A stretch of DNA of 44,109 nt from IMG/VR virus record IMGVR_UViG_3300025812_000003; one strand, written 5' to 3'. Positions 24,286-33,642 of the stretch are shown piece after piece. This stretch comes from a virus. The position numbers were made by a program, and so were the translations under genes. The notes under the pieces were generated by a model. That model searched no databases. It had not been told where the DNA came from and worked only from the letters and a program-made list of their open reading frames with translations. Within the stretch, counting starts at the first letter, position 1, and each line of letters starts with the position of its first letter.

Positions 24286-27072
24286 CTATAGCCCGCAGGA
24301 ACCGTTGCCGCACGCTGGCTCCTTCATGGAGGTGGTGTGGTCGTTCTTCTCGAACTCCGCCAGCCCGGCCCAGTCGAGCTCCGGCATCTTCGCCGTGCGC
24401 TCCCGGAACTCCGCCTCCGTGACCTCCGCGAATGGTGCCTGCTTGTATATGTGGCTGGAGTAGGGGAGGAACGACACGCCGCCGATGGTGTCGAAGTGCC
24501 GGTACACCCATGCCGCCACGTCCAGCCACTCGTGGTCCCGGACGTACACCGTGGTGCTGGGGTTGTGCTCCGTCCAGTGCTTCTTGTAGGTCAGGTAGAG
24601 TTCGAGCTGCCCTATGGCGGTGATGCCGTCCCTGAGGACGGACGACGAGGGCGACTCGCTGGGGAAGTAGAACACGTCCACGTCGTCCGGCTTGTTGGCC
24701 TCCGGCTCGCTGGGCACCCCGGCCTGCTTGAGGAACTGCCCTATGGGGTTCTTGCGATCCTCGCGGATGGAGACGAGCAGGAAGCGCCCGTAGCGGGGAT
24801 GTATGCCGGGCGACGAGTTCGCCAGCAGGGCGACCGTCCCCGATGGCTTGACGCAGGTGGCGGCCGCGGACTGCGGGATGCCGAGCCTCTCCGACCACTC
24901 CTTGTTGACCTCGATGACGTGCTGGCGGAGGTCGTCGAGCAGGGAGGCCAGCTCGGGGCCGTTGGTCGACAGCAGCTTGTTGTCCATGATCCCCGTGAGG
25001 CTGACGCCCAGTAGGCGCTCCTCCTCGGCATTCTTCTGCCAGTCCTTGCGGAGGTAGCGGAAGTTGGTGAGGGTGGACTGGAGCGTCCCCATGATGGTGG
25101 CGATGCGCACCTTCTCCATGAGGATTTTCTTGTCGTCGCCGGGCCTGGCCACCGCCTCGGTGAGGTTGCACAGGCCCTTGGAGCGCAGGATGATCTCCAC
25201 GCACGGGTTGACCCCGAAGTCGATGTCCTTGGTCTCGCGCCGCCCGTTGGAGGCCGAATGCTTGGTCGCGGCCTCCCGGTTGAAGATGCCCCGCTCGCCG
25301 GAGCGGGACTCGTACAGGGACAGCCACTCCCGCAGGAACATGCCCATCTCCGGCCTCTCCGTGTAGACCGCCGAATTGTTGGCGAGGGCCCGCTGGGGGT
25401 TCTCGATCCACCACTGGCCGGTCTTGGCGTTCCGCATGCGGTCGTCCGACAGGTTGGAGAGCGATATCATGGCGGAGCGCCTCACCCCGCCGCTCACCAC
25501 GATGTCCGCCACCATGCACATCAGGTCGTGGCATTCCAGGGACGTCAGCCTGCGCCCTGCGGCGTTCCTGAAAAGCTGGACGGCGAACTTGAACAGCCGG
25601 TCGAGCGGGTCGGGCCCGGACGCCCGCCCGCCGAACGTCTTGAGGGGGGAGCCCGCGGGACGGAGGGCGCTGAGGTCCCACTTCGGGACGAGGCCGCCGT
25701 ACAGGAGGGCGATGAGCTGGCGGAACGCGGTGGCCCAGCCTATCTTGGAGTCCCTGACCTTGATGACCGTGGGCTCGTCGAAGAAGCTCTCGGCGATGAC
25801 GGGCAGCTTCCCGACGTACTGCCGCTCCACGGAGAACCCGAGGCCCACGCCGCACATGCTTATGTAGACGGCCTCGTCGAAGGCACGGGGGTCGTCTACC
25901 GCCATGTAGCTGCAGTTTCCAGTGAGAATCCCATTGGCAAGGACGAAGGAATGCGTGGTTGGTTCCACTACGCAGAAGACTTCCTCGGGCTCGTCGAGTA
26001 GATCGATAGACATCACTTTGAAAATGCCGGACCTCCGTAGCGTAAGCCTCTGGAGAGGGGCATAGCGATGGCCAAAATTGGTCTCCTCCACCATGGATGT
26101 GTTTTGACCCGTGACCAAGTACCCGGCAAGGGGGGCGATGGACTTCACAAATTCTATGGCTTCCGAGTCTTGCGAGGATATTCCCGGTTGGTGTTCGTTG
26201 TTGTGACCGTCTGCCGCCAGATACCCCATGAGCCAGCTAGCCAAGTAACAAGCTTCCTTGCTTACAGGAATGTGCTTCCAATCTTTCATGTGTCCTTGAT
26301 GAAATATGACTACGGCGTCGCCGCTATAGGACGGGGGGTAGCATATTGAAGAATGACCATATTTCTCAAACACCCCAAGATGCCGCATGTCCTTCTCGCC
26401 ACAAAGACGGACCTTGGCCCTTCCCCTGGCATCTATGGTCCCGTCACCGAACCCAAACCCGGCAATCCACGCTTCGTCATTGGCGGGCAACTCAGTCTTG
26501 GGTCCTACAAAAGATATGAAATCCCCAACATTAAGGTCCGTGACTTCGCCTCGATTCACCGTGACCCAACGATGGTCGAGAGTTACCCTAACCCTGTGAC
26601 GGAGATTGGTTTTGGAACGTCCATTTTCCTCGATGGCGGGCTTGAAAGTCACCTCTTGAAGCGGCTGGACGCCGAATGATCGAATCTCGGCATTCCTCCA
26701 TTCGCCGTCGCCGGACATAACAATCTGAGTGGTGCCAACCGTTTCACCGAAAGTTTTGGAACCGTGGTATGTGAGGAATCCCTCGGTTCCCGCAAAACAG
26801 TTGTACCCGGCGACCTCGTCCTTCTCCAGCGCCTTGCCCGCCGTCATCAGCGCCCGCATGGACGGCATGACCTCCATGCGGAGTATCGAGCCCTCGATCT
26901 CCCCGGCGATCTCCTCGCGGAACTCCTCCGGGATGCGCTTCGAGATGAAGTCGACGTACCTGCGGACCGTTTCCCCCCAGTCCTCCCGCCTGCCCTTCTC
27001 GGGCACCCACCTGGCGTACCTGGACTTGAAGATGTACGACTGGAAGGGCGTGATCCCCTGGCTTTTCGGCAT
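24286..27072 (-). CDS. nrdJ: class II (adenosylcobalamin) ribonucleotide reductase, intein-containing
   Basis: SRYARW, MPSMRAL, GYNC, SGGVRRSA, GVNPCVEI, CNLTE, TCVKPSGT, C-terminal ACGNGSC. Confidence 0.95.
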   Translation of the reverse strand: MPKSQGITPFQSYIFKSRYARWVPEKGRREDWGETVRRYVDFISKRIPEEFREEIAGEIEGSILRMEVMPSMRALMTAGKALEKDEVAGYNCFAGTEGFLTYHGSKTFGETVGTTQIVMSGDGEWRNAEIRSFGVQPLQEVTFKPAIEENGRSKTNLRHRVRVTLDHRWVTVNRGEVTDLNVGDFISFVGPKTELPANDEAWIAGFGFGDGTIDARGRAKVRLCGEKDMRHLGVFEKYGHSSICYPPSYSGDAVVIFHQGHMKDWKHIPVSKEACYLASWLMGYLAADGHNNEHQPGISSQDSEAIEFVKSIAPLAGYLVTGQNTSMVEETNFGHRYAPLQRLTLRRSGIFKVMSIDLLDEPEEVFCVVEPTTHSFVLANGILTGNCSYMAVDDPRAFDEAVYISMCGVGLGFSVERQYVGKLPVIAESFFDEPTVIKVRDSKIGWATAFRQLIALLYGGLVPKWDLSALRPAGSPLKTFGGRASGPDPLDRLFKFAVQLFRNAAGRRLTSLECHDLMCMVADIVVSGGVRRSAMISLSNLSDDRMRNAKTGQWWIENPQRALANNSAVYTERPEMGMFLREWLSLYESRSGERGIFNREAATKHSASNGRRETKDIDFGVNPCVEIILRSKGLCNLTEAVARPGDDKKILMEKVRIATIMGTLQSTLTNFRYLRKDWQKNAEEERLLGVSLTGIMDNKLLSTNGPELASLLDDLRQHVIEVNKEWSERLGIPQSAAATCVKPSGTVALLANSSPGIHPRYGRFLLVSIREDRKNPIGQFLKQAGVPSEPEANKPDDVDVFYFPSESPSSSVLRDGITAIGQLELYLTYKKHWTEHNPSTTVYVRDHEWLDVAAWVYRHFDTIGGVSFLPYSSHIYKQAPFAEVTEAEFRERTAKMPELDWAGLAEFEKNDHTTSMKEPACGNGSCGL
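25915..26799 (-). mobile_element. 295-aa intein with LAGLIDADG endonuclease
   Basis: GYN|CFAGTE...HSFVLANGILTGN|CSY; WIAGFGFGDG and WLMGYLAADG motifs; lower GC than flanks. Confidence 0.93.
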
Positions 27073-27120
27073 GGCTTCCCCTTGTCCTCTTTCCCGGCCT
27101 AAACCCATTGTGAGATTTTC

Positions 27121-28095
27121 TCAGGCATGGTCATGCGGAGGCTGCATATTAGGTTCCTGTATTCGCGGAATTTGGGAAGGGGATGATTCTTCGGGGGATG
27201 GCGTTTTCGGAGTTGGGGAAGGCGGCTTGGGCCTCCTGTCCAGGCAGTCGCACGGGACCCATACCGTCTGGTCGTGCCCCTTCACTATGACGTCCTTGCC
27301 GCCGCCGCCCCTGCATTTCGGGCAGGACATGTCGGCCTCGGCGGGTCCGTCGATGCAGCGGCACATGACGAAGTTCGATGCCTTGGTGCCGAGCAGCTTG
27401 GCCTCCCGACCGCCGCCGCCGTGGCACTTCGGGCAGGACGGATCGGGCGTCCGCTTCCATGGGTCCCATGGATGGCTTTTCGGGTCGTATCCCGCAGGGA
27501 CGGATTCCACCATCTTGCGGGCGAAGTGCTCCAGGGTTTCCTTGCTGAGGCCGCGCTCCCTGTAGAACAGGTCGGCGGGCTCCCGGCGGGGGTTGAAGTG
27601 GTAGTGGATGGCGATGCGGATGTCGGAGAACGGCACCGTCCCAGTCCCGTCCGTCACGTCCTCGGACCAGGTGAAGAACGCGAACGGCCAGCGGGTTTCC
27701 TCGACGTCGGACGCTGGGCGGGCGTCGTGGGCTTCCGGGGAGATGCCCAAGGACGAGGAGGGCGTCGCTATCTTGGACTGGATGGCCCTCGACTTTTCGA
27801 ACTTGTGCTTCAGGCTGTTGGACTTGTCCTCGCGGAGGACTTTGGCGAGATACTCGCAGGGATCCGCATGCTTCACAAGGCAATCGGTCCACCAGCCATC
27901 TTCCTGGAGGAACCCCATGAGGCCCCACAGAAAATCCTCGCCGAGCTCGGAGATCAGGCCGCGGAAAATCTCCTTCCACTCGTCGGGGTAGGGGGGGCGT
28001 TTGAATCTTTCCATTTTCCCCGTCTGCCACCAGAATTGGCGTGCCAGCTTCCTTGCTGGCTCCCATTCCGGCTTGATCCTTGGATTAAGCTTCAA
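27121..28095 (-). CDS. replication-associated protein with tandem DnaJ-like CxxCxGxG zinc fingers
   Basis: TTG start after GAGGAGG; CPKCHGGGG..CRC and CPKCRGGGG..PCDC. Confidence 0.55.
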   Translation of the reverse strand: MKLNPRIKPEWEPARKLARQFWWQTGKMERFKRPPYPDEWKEIFRGLISELGEDFLWGLMGFLQEDGWWTDCLVKHADPCEYLAKVLREDKSNSLKHKFEKSRAIQSKIATPSSSLGISPEAHDARPASDVEETRWPFAFFTWSEDVTDGTGTVPFSDIRIAIHYHFNPRREPADLFYRERGLSKETLEHFARKMVESVPAGYDPKSHPWDPWKRTPDPSCPKCHGGGGREAKLLGTKASNFVMCRCIDGPAEADMSCPKCRGGGGKDVIVKGHDQTVWVPCDCLDRRPKPPSPTPKTPSPEESSPSQIPRIQEPNMQPPHDHA

Positions 28096-28582
28096 GGAAG
28101 TCCTCCTCATCCTTGCCAACTGGCTTACTTCCCTCTCTTACTTCACTTACTTCACTTACTATGCTTGGATTGCTTGACTTGCTTGAAGCACCTTTAGCAA
28201 GTGCTTGCCTTTGCTTGGCGCTTGCTAGGCCACCCCTTCGTCCTGCCGACGCTCTTTTTTCGTGTAATTCCGCCCTTTTTTCGACCACCCGTGCCCAGTC
28301 GTCCAGCACCCGCTTGTTTGCTAAGAGCCCGTTCTCGGAATGGAACCTCTTCAGGACCACCGTTTTGTTGTCCAGCCATTCCTCCTTGCTCTCGCAGTCG
28401 GCAAGCAACCATAGCTCCTCGTCGTCATCTGGTAGGTAAGGTCTGGTTGAGCAAAAAAATGTTTGGTTGAGCAAATTCTTGTACATCATCCTTTGCAGTC
28501 GGTTCATGACTTGGCGGACCCAAGGGTCCGCCCAGAATTCCTCGTCGTTCCAAGGCTGATACAGCGGCTTGCTGTTCTCCAT
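28085..28582 (-). CDS. DUF1376/YdaU-like phage replication initiator N-terminal protein
   Basis: YQPWNDEEFWAD..MYKNLL..LPDDDEELWLLA..LANKRV..KRASAGRRGGLASA. Confidence 0.7.
   Translation of the reverse strand: MENSKPLYQPWNDEEFWADPWVRQVMNRLQRMMYKNLLNQTFFCSTRPYLPDDDEELWLLADCESKEEWLDNKTVVLKRFHSENGLLANKRVLDDWARVVEKRAELHEKRASAGRRGGLASAKQRQALAKGASSKSSNPSIVSEVSEVREGSKPVGKDEEDFLEA
28124..28226. repeat. iteron-like short repeats (AAGTAAG/TAGTAAG and CAAGCA on minus strand)
   Basis: Minus strand: CAAGCAAAGGCAAGCACTTGC..CAAGCAAGTCAAGCAATCCAAGCATAGTAAGTGAAGTAAGTGAAGTAAGAGAGGGAAGTAAG. Confidence 0.6.
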
Positions 28583-28605
28583 TACGTGGTTTCCCCGTCT
28601 TCTGG

Positions 28606-30201
28606 TTAATACGACGGCATCTGGTCCACCATGCCGCTGTCCAGGTTCCTTATCTCGTCGATTGCCTTCTTGACCCCGGGGGCCAGCGACCTCGATTCGT
28701 CGACGTATCCATCGTCCGGGTGGAGGCTGAACCTCCCCGTCCGGGGAGACAATACCATCTTCACGGCGGGAGGCTGCCTCCCCTCGCGGTTCTTCCCGCA
28801 GCCCACCTCGATCTCGTTCGCGTCCCGCATCTCCGTGGTGGACCAGACGCTCAGCAGGACGTCGCAGTCGTTTATGAACGCGGTGTGCTGCCTGATGGAC
28901 GTCTGGCCTATGTGGGCCTCGCCTTCCTTGACCTCCTTCTTCAGCGACTCGTCGAAGGCCTGCTTGGTGATCTGGATGGGGCTGAGGACCAGCAGCCCCC
29001 TGTTGTTGTCGAAGTTTCGCGTGAGGTCGCGCACGCGGTGGATCATCGCCTCGATCTCCTTGTCCTGGAACCTGTGGTCCCCGTGGGTTTTCAGCGAGTC
29101 TATGCGGTCGATGACCAGGAAGTCGTACTTGTTCCTGGCGTGGTGGATGGTGAGCCAGTCCTCGATGCTGTCCAGGTCCTGGGCCTGGAACCTCTTGACT
29201 TCCAGCCTTCCGGGGAGGTTCCTCCGATTCATGATGTCCTCGGTGATGGCCATCATGAGCTTGATGTCGCCGTCGTTGGTGTTCTTGAGCGCCCATTGCT
29301 TCTTGGGGGGGAGGATCATCCCCTCGTAGTCCGGGTGGGCCGAGTGGAGGTAGGTCATCGCCGACCAGATCGTTTCGGGGCTGTGCTCGATGGACCAGTA
29401 GAGCCCGTTCGTCCCCTGCGTCAACAGCTTGTACACGATGTAGTTGAGCAGCGTGGTCTTCCCCTGGCCGCTCATCCCGAAGATTCCGACGAACGTGAGG
29501 TCCGGCTCCCCTACGGGGACGACCTTGTCGATGTGCTCGATCCCTATCTTCACTCGGCGGGTGGTCGCCTGGTCGTCCATGAGGTCGGCGAACTTCTCCC
29601 TGACCACCTGCACGTTCTCGTCCAGGAACCCGTCGACCGAGGGGGCATCGTCGGTGAACGCCCGGAGCCATTGCATGCGGAGCCATCTGGCCGCCGCCGC
29701 GGGGCCCCTGTCCTCCTTCTCGACCCCGAACTCCCTCCACTTGTGGGAGTCCATCCCGGAGGCGATGAGCCCGTAGCGCTTCCCGAGGTACAGGTGCCAT
29801 GCCTTGTTCACCTCCGAGTAGGCGCTCTCCATGAGGACGATGGCGTCCATCTCCCTGACGGACGCCGAGGGGGGCACCCACGACTCCAGTTGTTCGAGCT
29901 GCTCCAGCATCCTCGTGACGTCGTTCCCGCCCTCCCCTCCCCTGGAGTATTCCTTGGCGCTGTCGGGGTTCGTCACGATGTAGTCCCGCACGGAGCGGGG
30001 CCCGGCGGGCATCCTGCGGAAGCGCTCGATGTACTTCCATATGGCCTTCAGCGTCCTGCTGCTCACCACCTCGCCCGCATCCTCGGCGGAGTCCAGCACC
30101 ATCGCGTACTTCAGCGTCCAATCCAGCTTCTTCTTGTTCTCTATGACGAGCGAATGCAAATCCTGCGTGCAAAGACGCCAAGCAAGTTCGGAAAGGTACA
30201 T
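28606..30201 (-). CDS. dnaB: DnaB-like replicative helicase
   Basis: GIFGMSGQGKTT, YWSIE, LVIDRI, LSPIQ, DCDVLL, KNREG. Confidence 0.85.
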   Translation of the reverse strand: MYLSELAWRLCTQDLHSLVIENKKKLDWTLKYAMVLDSAEDAGEVVSSRTLKAIWKYIERFRRMPAGPRSVRDYIVTNPDSAKEYSRGGEGGNDVTRMLEQLEQLESWVPPSASVREMDAIVLMESAYSEVNKAWHLYLGKRYGLIASGMDSHKWREFGVEKEDRGPAAAARWLRMQWLRAFTDDAPSVDGFLDENVQVVREKFADLMDDQATTRRVKIGIEHIDKVVPVGEPDLTFVGIFGMSGQGKTTLLNYIVYKLLTQGTNGLYWSIEHSPETIWSAMTYLHSAHPDYEGMILPPKKQWALKNTNDGDIKLMMAITEDIMNRRNLPGRLEVKRFQAQDLDSIEDWLTIHHARNKYDFLVIDRIDSLKTHGDHRFQDKEIEAMIHRVRDLTRNFDNNRGLLVLSPIQITKQAFDESLKKEVKEGEAHIGQTSIRQHTAFINDCDVLLSVWSTTEMRDANEIEVGCGKNREGRQPPAVKMVLSPRTGRFSLHPDDGYVDESRSLAPGVKKAIDEIRNLDSGMVDQMPSY

Positions 30202-30298
30202 TTGGTCCCACTCCTCGGGTGGCTACGCTTCAGGTTCCGTATTACCAGATACCGCCTTTGTCGGCGATTCGTCGATTGGCGGCTTCCGGAGCCCTATC

Positions 30299-30829
30299 GT
30301 GGCCGAAGGATCAAATACCGGCGCTCCGCTCGACGTGGTGGAGGTGAGGCTGCTGTCCTATCGGTTCGCCTTCAAGCGCCTCTCGTGGCGCGAGGAGATG
30401 GGGGCGGACCCCGGCAAGGGGGCGGACCCGATCCGCACCGTCCTCGCCCGCGCCCTGGCCTCGGTCTCGGGCCTCGTGCCGGGCTCCCCCGAGGAGGCCA
30501 GGAAGGTCGTGGACGCCATACCCGAGGCCATCGCCACCAGGGTGTGGAAGGTCTACAGAGGGTCATTCCCCCCGGCCCGCCGCTTTAGCGCCGCCGACCT
30601 CTACATGGCCCCCGAGCCCACTGCCCTCGTTGCCCGCCGCGAGGAGGACGAGGCGGCGGAGGAGGACCTCCACGCCAGGACCATCAGGGAAATGGAGACG
30701 AGGTTCGGCAAGGAGGAGGTGGCGGCGGAGGCGGAGCTGAGCAGGAAGGTCCTGGCCGCCGCGAGGAGGAAGGGCGGGTTCGCCGGGGCCTCCAGGCCGT
30801 CCGCCGACAGGGAGGACGATGGGGGATAG
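30299..30829 (+). CDS. hypothetical protein, start of tail module
   Basis: GC3-biased frame from GTG 30299; overlaps next start. Confidence 0.5.
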   Translation: MAEGSNTGAPLDVVEVRLLSYRFAFKRLSWREEMGADPGKGADPIRTVLARALASVSGLVPGSPEEARKVVDAIPEAIATRVWKVYRGSFPPARRFSAADLYMAPEPTALVARREEDEAAEEDLHARTIREMETRFGKEEVAAEAELSRKVLAAARRKGGFAGASRPSADREDDGG

Positions 30830-31940
30830 GCCCACTTCGCGTTCCGTGCTTGGCACGTCGCCGTCCGGGAGGGGGAGGTCCAGGCTCACCTTCGGGGCGG
30901 AGATGGCGCAGAGGCTGGGCGAGGGCGTCCTCCGCAGGGCACCGCCCGCCCGCGTCCAGGAGGTCAGGGACAAGGTCGTCGAGGCGTGCGAGGAGCTGAT
31001 AGGCATCGGGGCAAGGATACGCCCGCTGCTCGTCGACGGCGTCCAGCACGGGTGGGTCAGGGGCCTCTACGACACGGAGCGCCGCATCCTCCGCAGGTGG
31101 GTGCCGGACCGGGGCGAGTTCGTGTTCCGCTGCCTCCTCCTCGTCACCTCCCTGGGGGAGGACGAGGTGATGGGGCTGTCGTCCCCGGAGGCCCGGGGGC
31201 TCGTGCAGCTCGTTATGGCCATGGGGGACAGGGACGCCTCCCTCTACCCGTACCTCTCAGCCTTCTCGACCACCAGGGCGTCCGAGTCCCTGTGGCACGG
31301 CGGCGGGGACCATGCGTCGTTCGAGGACAAACGCATCCTCATGCCGGACGGGAGGGCCATGAGGATCGTCTGCCCCTCCGACCACGCCCGCCTGTGGGCG
31401 TCGCTCTGCACCTACCGGGAGCAGGCCAAGAAGCGGCTGGACGAGAGCTGGAACGCCGTCCTCATCATGCGCCCGTGGGCGGGGAAGTCGGTGGACGGCC
31501 TCGCGGCGGAGCTCAAGGCGGCGACCAGGCAGATGCGCCCCGACGCCCTGGAGCCGTGGGAAAACGTGGTGAGCGCCCCGCCCGAGAAGGAGCTGGACGA
31601 CGGGTGGGCGCACGTGGAGAACATGGAGACGAAGGAGGGCATGCTCAAGGAGCTGCACGGCATGCTGTCCGAGGACCGGCACGAGCGGCTCATGGCCAAG
31701 TTCGAGAGGCAGCAGATCGACGAGGCCGAGAGGCGCAGGCAGGACATCGAGGCGCTGGCGGCGAGGAGGGGCGGCATCGGGATAAACCGGGAGGTCATCA
31801 CGGTCGAGACGGAGGAGGAGGCGTCGAGGAAGGAAAGGGCGCTCAGGAAGGGGAGGGTCGCCCCCGCCCCCGTGGGGAGGGAGAGGGCCAGCGGCGGCGA
31901 GGCGGCCAGCCCGTCCGAGAAGATCAAGAAATACCAGTAA
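30819..31940 (+). CDS. hypothetical tail-assembly-region protein
   Basis: 373 aa; position upstream of tape measure gene. Confidence 0.5.
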   Translation: MGDRPTSRSVLGTSPSGRGRSRLTFGAEMAQRLGEGVLRRAPPARVQEVRDKVVEACEELIGIGARIRPLLVDGVQHGWVRGLYDTERRILRRWVPDRGEFVFRCLLLVTSLGEDEVMGLSSPEARGLVQLVMAMGDRDASLYPYLSAFSTTRASESLWHGGGDHASFEDKRILMPDGRAMRIVCPSDHARLWASLCTYREQAKKRLDESWNAVLIMRPWAGKSVDGLAAELKAATRQMRPDALEPWENVVSAPPEKELDDGWAHVENMETKEGMLKELHGMLSEDRHERLMAKFERQQIDEAERRRQDIEALAARRGGIGINREVITVETEEEASRKERALRKGRVAPAPVGRERASGGEAASPSEKIKKYQ

Positions 31941-31957
31941 TGGATTCAGGGGGGAAC

Positions 31958-32593
31958 ATGGTAGACGAGAAGGCGGCGACGGTCGACGTGGAGGCCCCGA
32001 AGTCCCTGGACGAGGTGATCCTCGGCCTGAAGGGCTTTGGGCTGGAAGAAAATGAGGAAATTCTCAGCTTCGAGGCGTCCGGGAAGGTCGTCAAGCTCAG
32101 GATATCCAACATCCCGACCGACCAGGAGATGAAGGCCCTCCTGGCTTCCGAGGCGTTCAAGGGGTACGCATGGGTGCAGCGCATCCGGTGCGAGATTCTC
32201 TCCAGGGCCGTCACGTGGGTCAATGGCATCAGCATCCGGGACCTTTCCGGGACGGATCGCGCCGTGACGGACCCCACCGGCAAGGAGGGGGAGAAGTGCG
32301 ACGTGCAGGTGGCCATCCGCAACATCTTCCTGGGGTGGGGCCAGGAGGTGCTCCAGACCCTCTGGAAGGTCCTGATGGTCCATTGCGACAAGATCGAGAA
32401 GCGGTTGCAGGCCAGTTTCCCGGACTCCACCATCATGACGGAGATCGAGCGCAGGTTCTTCGACGCCGCCCTGAAGGAGATCGGGGACGCCAACAGGGAG
32501 GTCATCGAGGACACGGTGTCCAAGGTGCTCGACGAGGAGCTTGACTCGGAGGAAAAGGAAAGGCTCAAGAAGGCGACCGCCAAAAAGGTGTAA
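31958..32593 (+). CDS. putative tail assembly chaperone
   Basis: Acidic 211 aa from ATG 31958; last plus-strand gene before the tape measure gene. Confidence 0.45.
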   Translation: MVDEKAATVDVEAPKSLDEVILGLKGFGLEENEEILSFEASGKVVKLRISNIPTDQEMKALLASEAFKGYAWVQRIRCEILSRAVTWVNGISIRDLSGTDRAVTDPTGKEGEKCDVQVAIRNIFLGWGQEVLQTLWKVLMVHCDKIEKRLQASFPDSTIMTEIERRFFDAALKEIGDANREVIEDTVSKVLDEELDSEEKERLKKATAKKV

Positions 32594-32595
32594 CG

Positions 32596-32898
32596 TTATC
32601 CCGATTTAGATAGCTTGTTGGCTCCTAGGACCCCCATGATAACAGCGCCCATCCACGACAGGAGGCAGACTGCCAGGATCATGGTCGCCAAGGACAAGCA
32701 TACCTTGATCAAATAGAAGAACGCCCCATGGTTGTCGTTTTTTGCCTCAAGCTTCTTTATGATTATCCAGCTTCCCACAAAGCAAAATACCAGGAACCAG
32801 AGAACCGCACCTTCCGTACTTGCTGTGTCGTAGGATGGCGCAGGTGTGGGCTGATCTCCGAGGCCGAAAAACCAAAAAATCATACCTATTATTTCCAT
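32596..32898 (-). CDS. membrane protein (moron)
   Basis: 2-3 hydrophobic segments; lower GC; RBS GAGGAGG. Confidence 0.65.
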   Translation of the reverse strand: MEIIGMIFWFFGLGDQPTPAPSYDTASTEGAVLWFLVFCFVGSWIIIKKLEAKNDNHGAFFYLIKVCLSLATMILAVCLLSWMGAVIMGVLGANKLSKSG

Positions 32899-32905
32899 TG
32901 TCCTT

Positions 32906-32971
32906 CCTCCTCACCTATAGTATACACCGGGATACAAGGAATTTTTCGGCATTCTTCCCAATGACGGCAAT
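32906..32971 (-). promoter_or_regulatory. repeated promoter/RBS cassette, copy 2
   Basis: ~65-bp near-identity with 33538-33602; TATACT -10 plus AGGAGG. Confidence 0.8.
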
Positions 32972-32976
32972 CAGTC

Positions 32977-33528
32977 CTAACCGGAAAGAACGCATACGAG
33001 TATGAACAGGGAGGCCAGGAGTACGAACAGGGCGAGTACGGCCTTGAGGAACTGGACGGGGTGGAAGATGATCGAATAGAGAAGAAGCCCGACGATGAGC
33101 ATGGGCACAATCGCCGCAGGGCAGGCAATGGCGACGATGACAGCTGTGACAAGGACTATGCTGACGACGACTTTCAGGAATGCGAAAACTCCCCTTAGAA
33201 CGTAACTCGCCGCATCATCAAAGCACCATGACGAGCGCTGCTCCCTTCGCACTCGTTCGTTCCACGCCTTTCTTTCCTTCTCCGCCTCTTTGAGGTAGTG
33301 GGCCTCCATGGCTTTTTGGCATCCGTCTGGATGGAACTTGCAGCAAACGTTGTTCCTGAATGGCCTTGCTCGTATTCTTTCCTCTTGCTTCTTTCGCATG
33401 TCGCTTCTTTCGTACAGAGCAAGACGGTCTGGAGAGTTTCGGAACCATTCTTTGCGTGCTTCTCGTCTCCATTTTTCGCTAGTCATGGTTTTCTCCTTCA
33501 GGATAGTGCTCTGGGTTTCGACATCCAT
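32977..33528 (-). CDS. membrane protein (moron) with charged N-terminus
   Basis: C-terminal three hydrophobic helices; CCKFHPDGC; RBS AGGAGG. Confidence 0.65.
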   Translation of the reverse strand: MDVETQSTILKEKTMTSEKWRREARKEWFRNSPDRLALYERSDMRKKQEERIRARPFRNNVCCKFHPDGCQKAMEAHYLKEAEKERKAWNERVRREQRSSWCFDDAASYVLRGVFAFLKVVVSIVLVTAVIVAIACPAAIVPMLIVGLLLYSIIFHPVQFLKAVLALFVLLASLFILVCVLSG

Positions 33529-33537
33529 GATTCGTTC

Positions 33538-33602
33538 CTCCTACCTATAGTATACACCGGGATACAAGAATTCCTCGGGGATTCTTTCCCGTGACGGCAA
33601 TC
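33538..33602 (-). promoter_or_regulatory. repeated promoter/RBS cassette, copy 3
   Basis: See copy 2. Confidence 0.8.
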
Positions 33603-33642
33603 GCCACATATCTGACTGCCAGCCAGCCTATTAGGGGAACCT

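Noticed and set aside
28085-28119. Sequencing frameshift splitting one initiator gene
   Set aside because: A well-spaced GAGGAGG-TTG start supports a separate downstream gene; fusion in homologues not excluded
28583-30211. N-terminal 540 aa of the 708-aa ORF 28085-30211 (likewise 30986-31957 of the 535-aa ORF)
   Set aside because: Arg/Gly-rich off-frame overlap with real genes; true starts at 28582 and 31958
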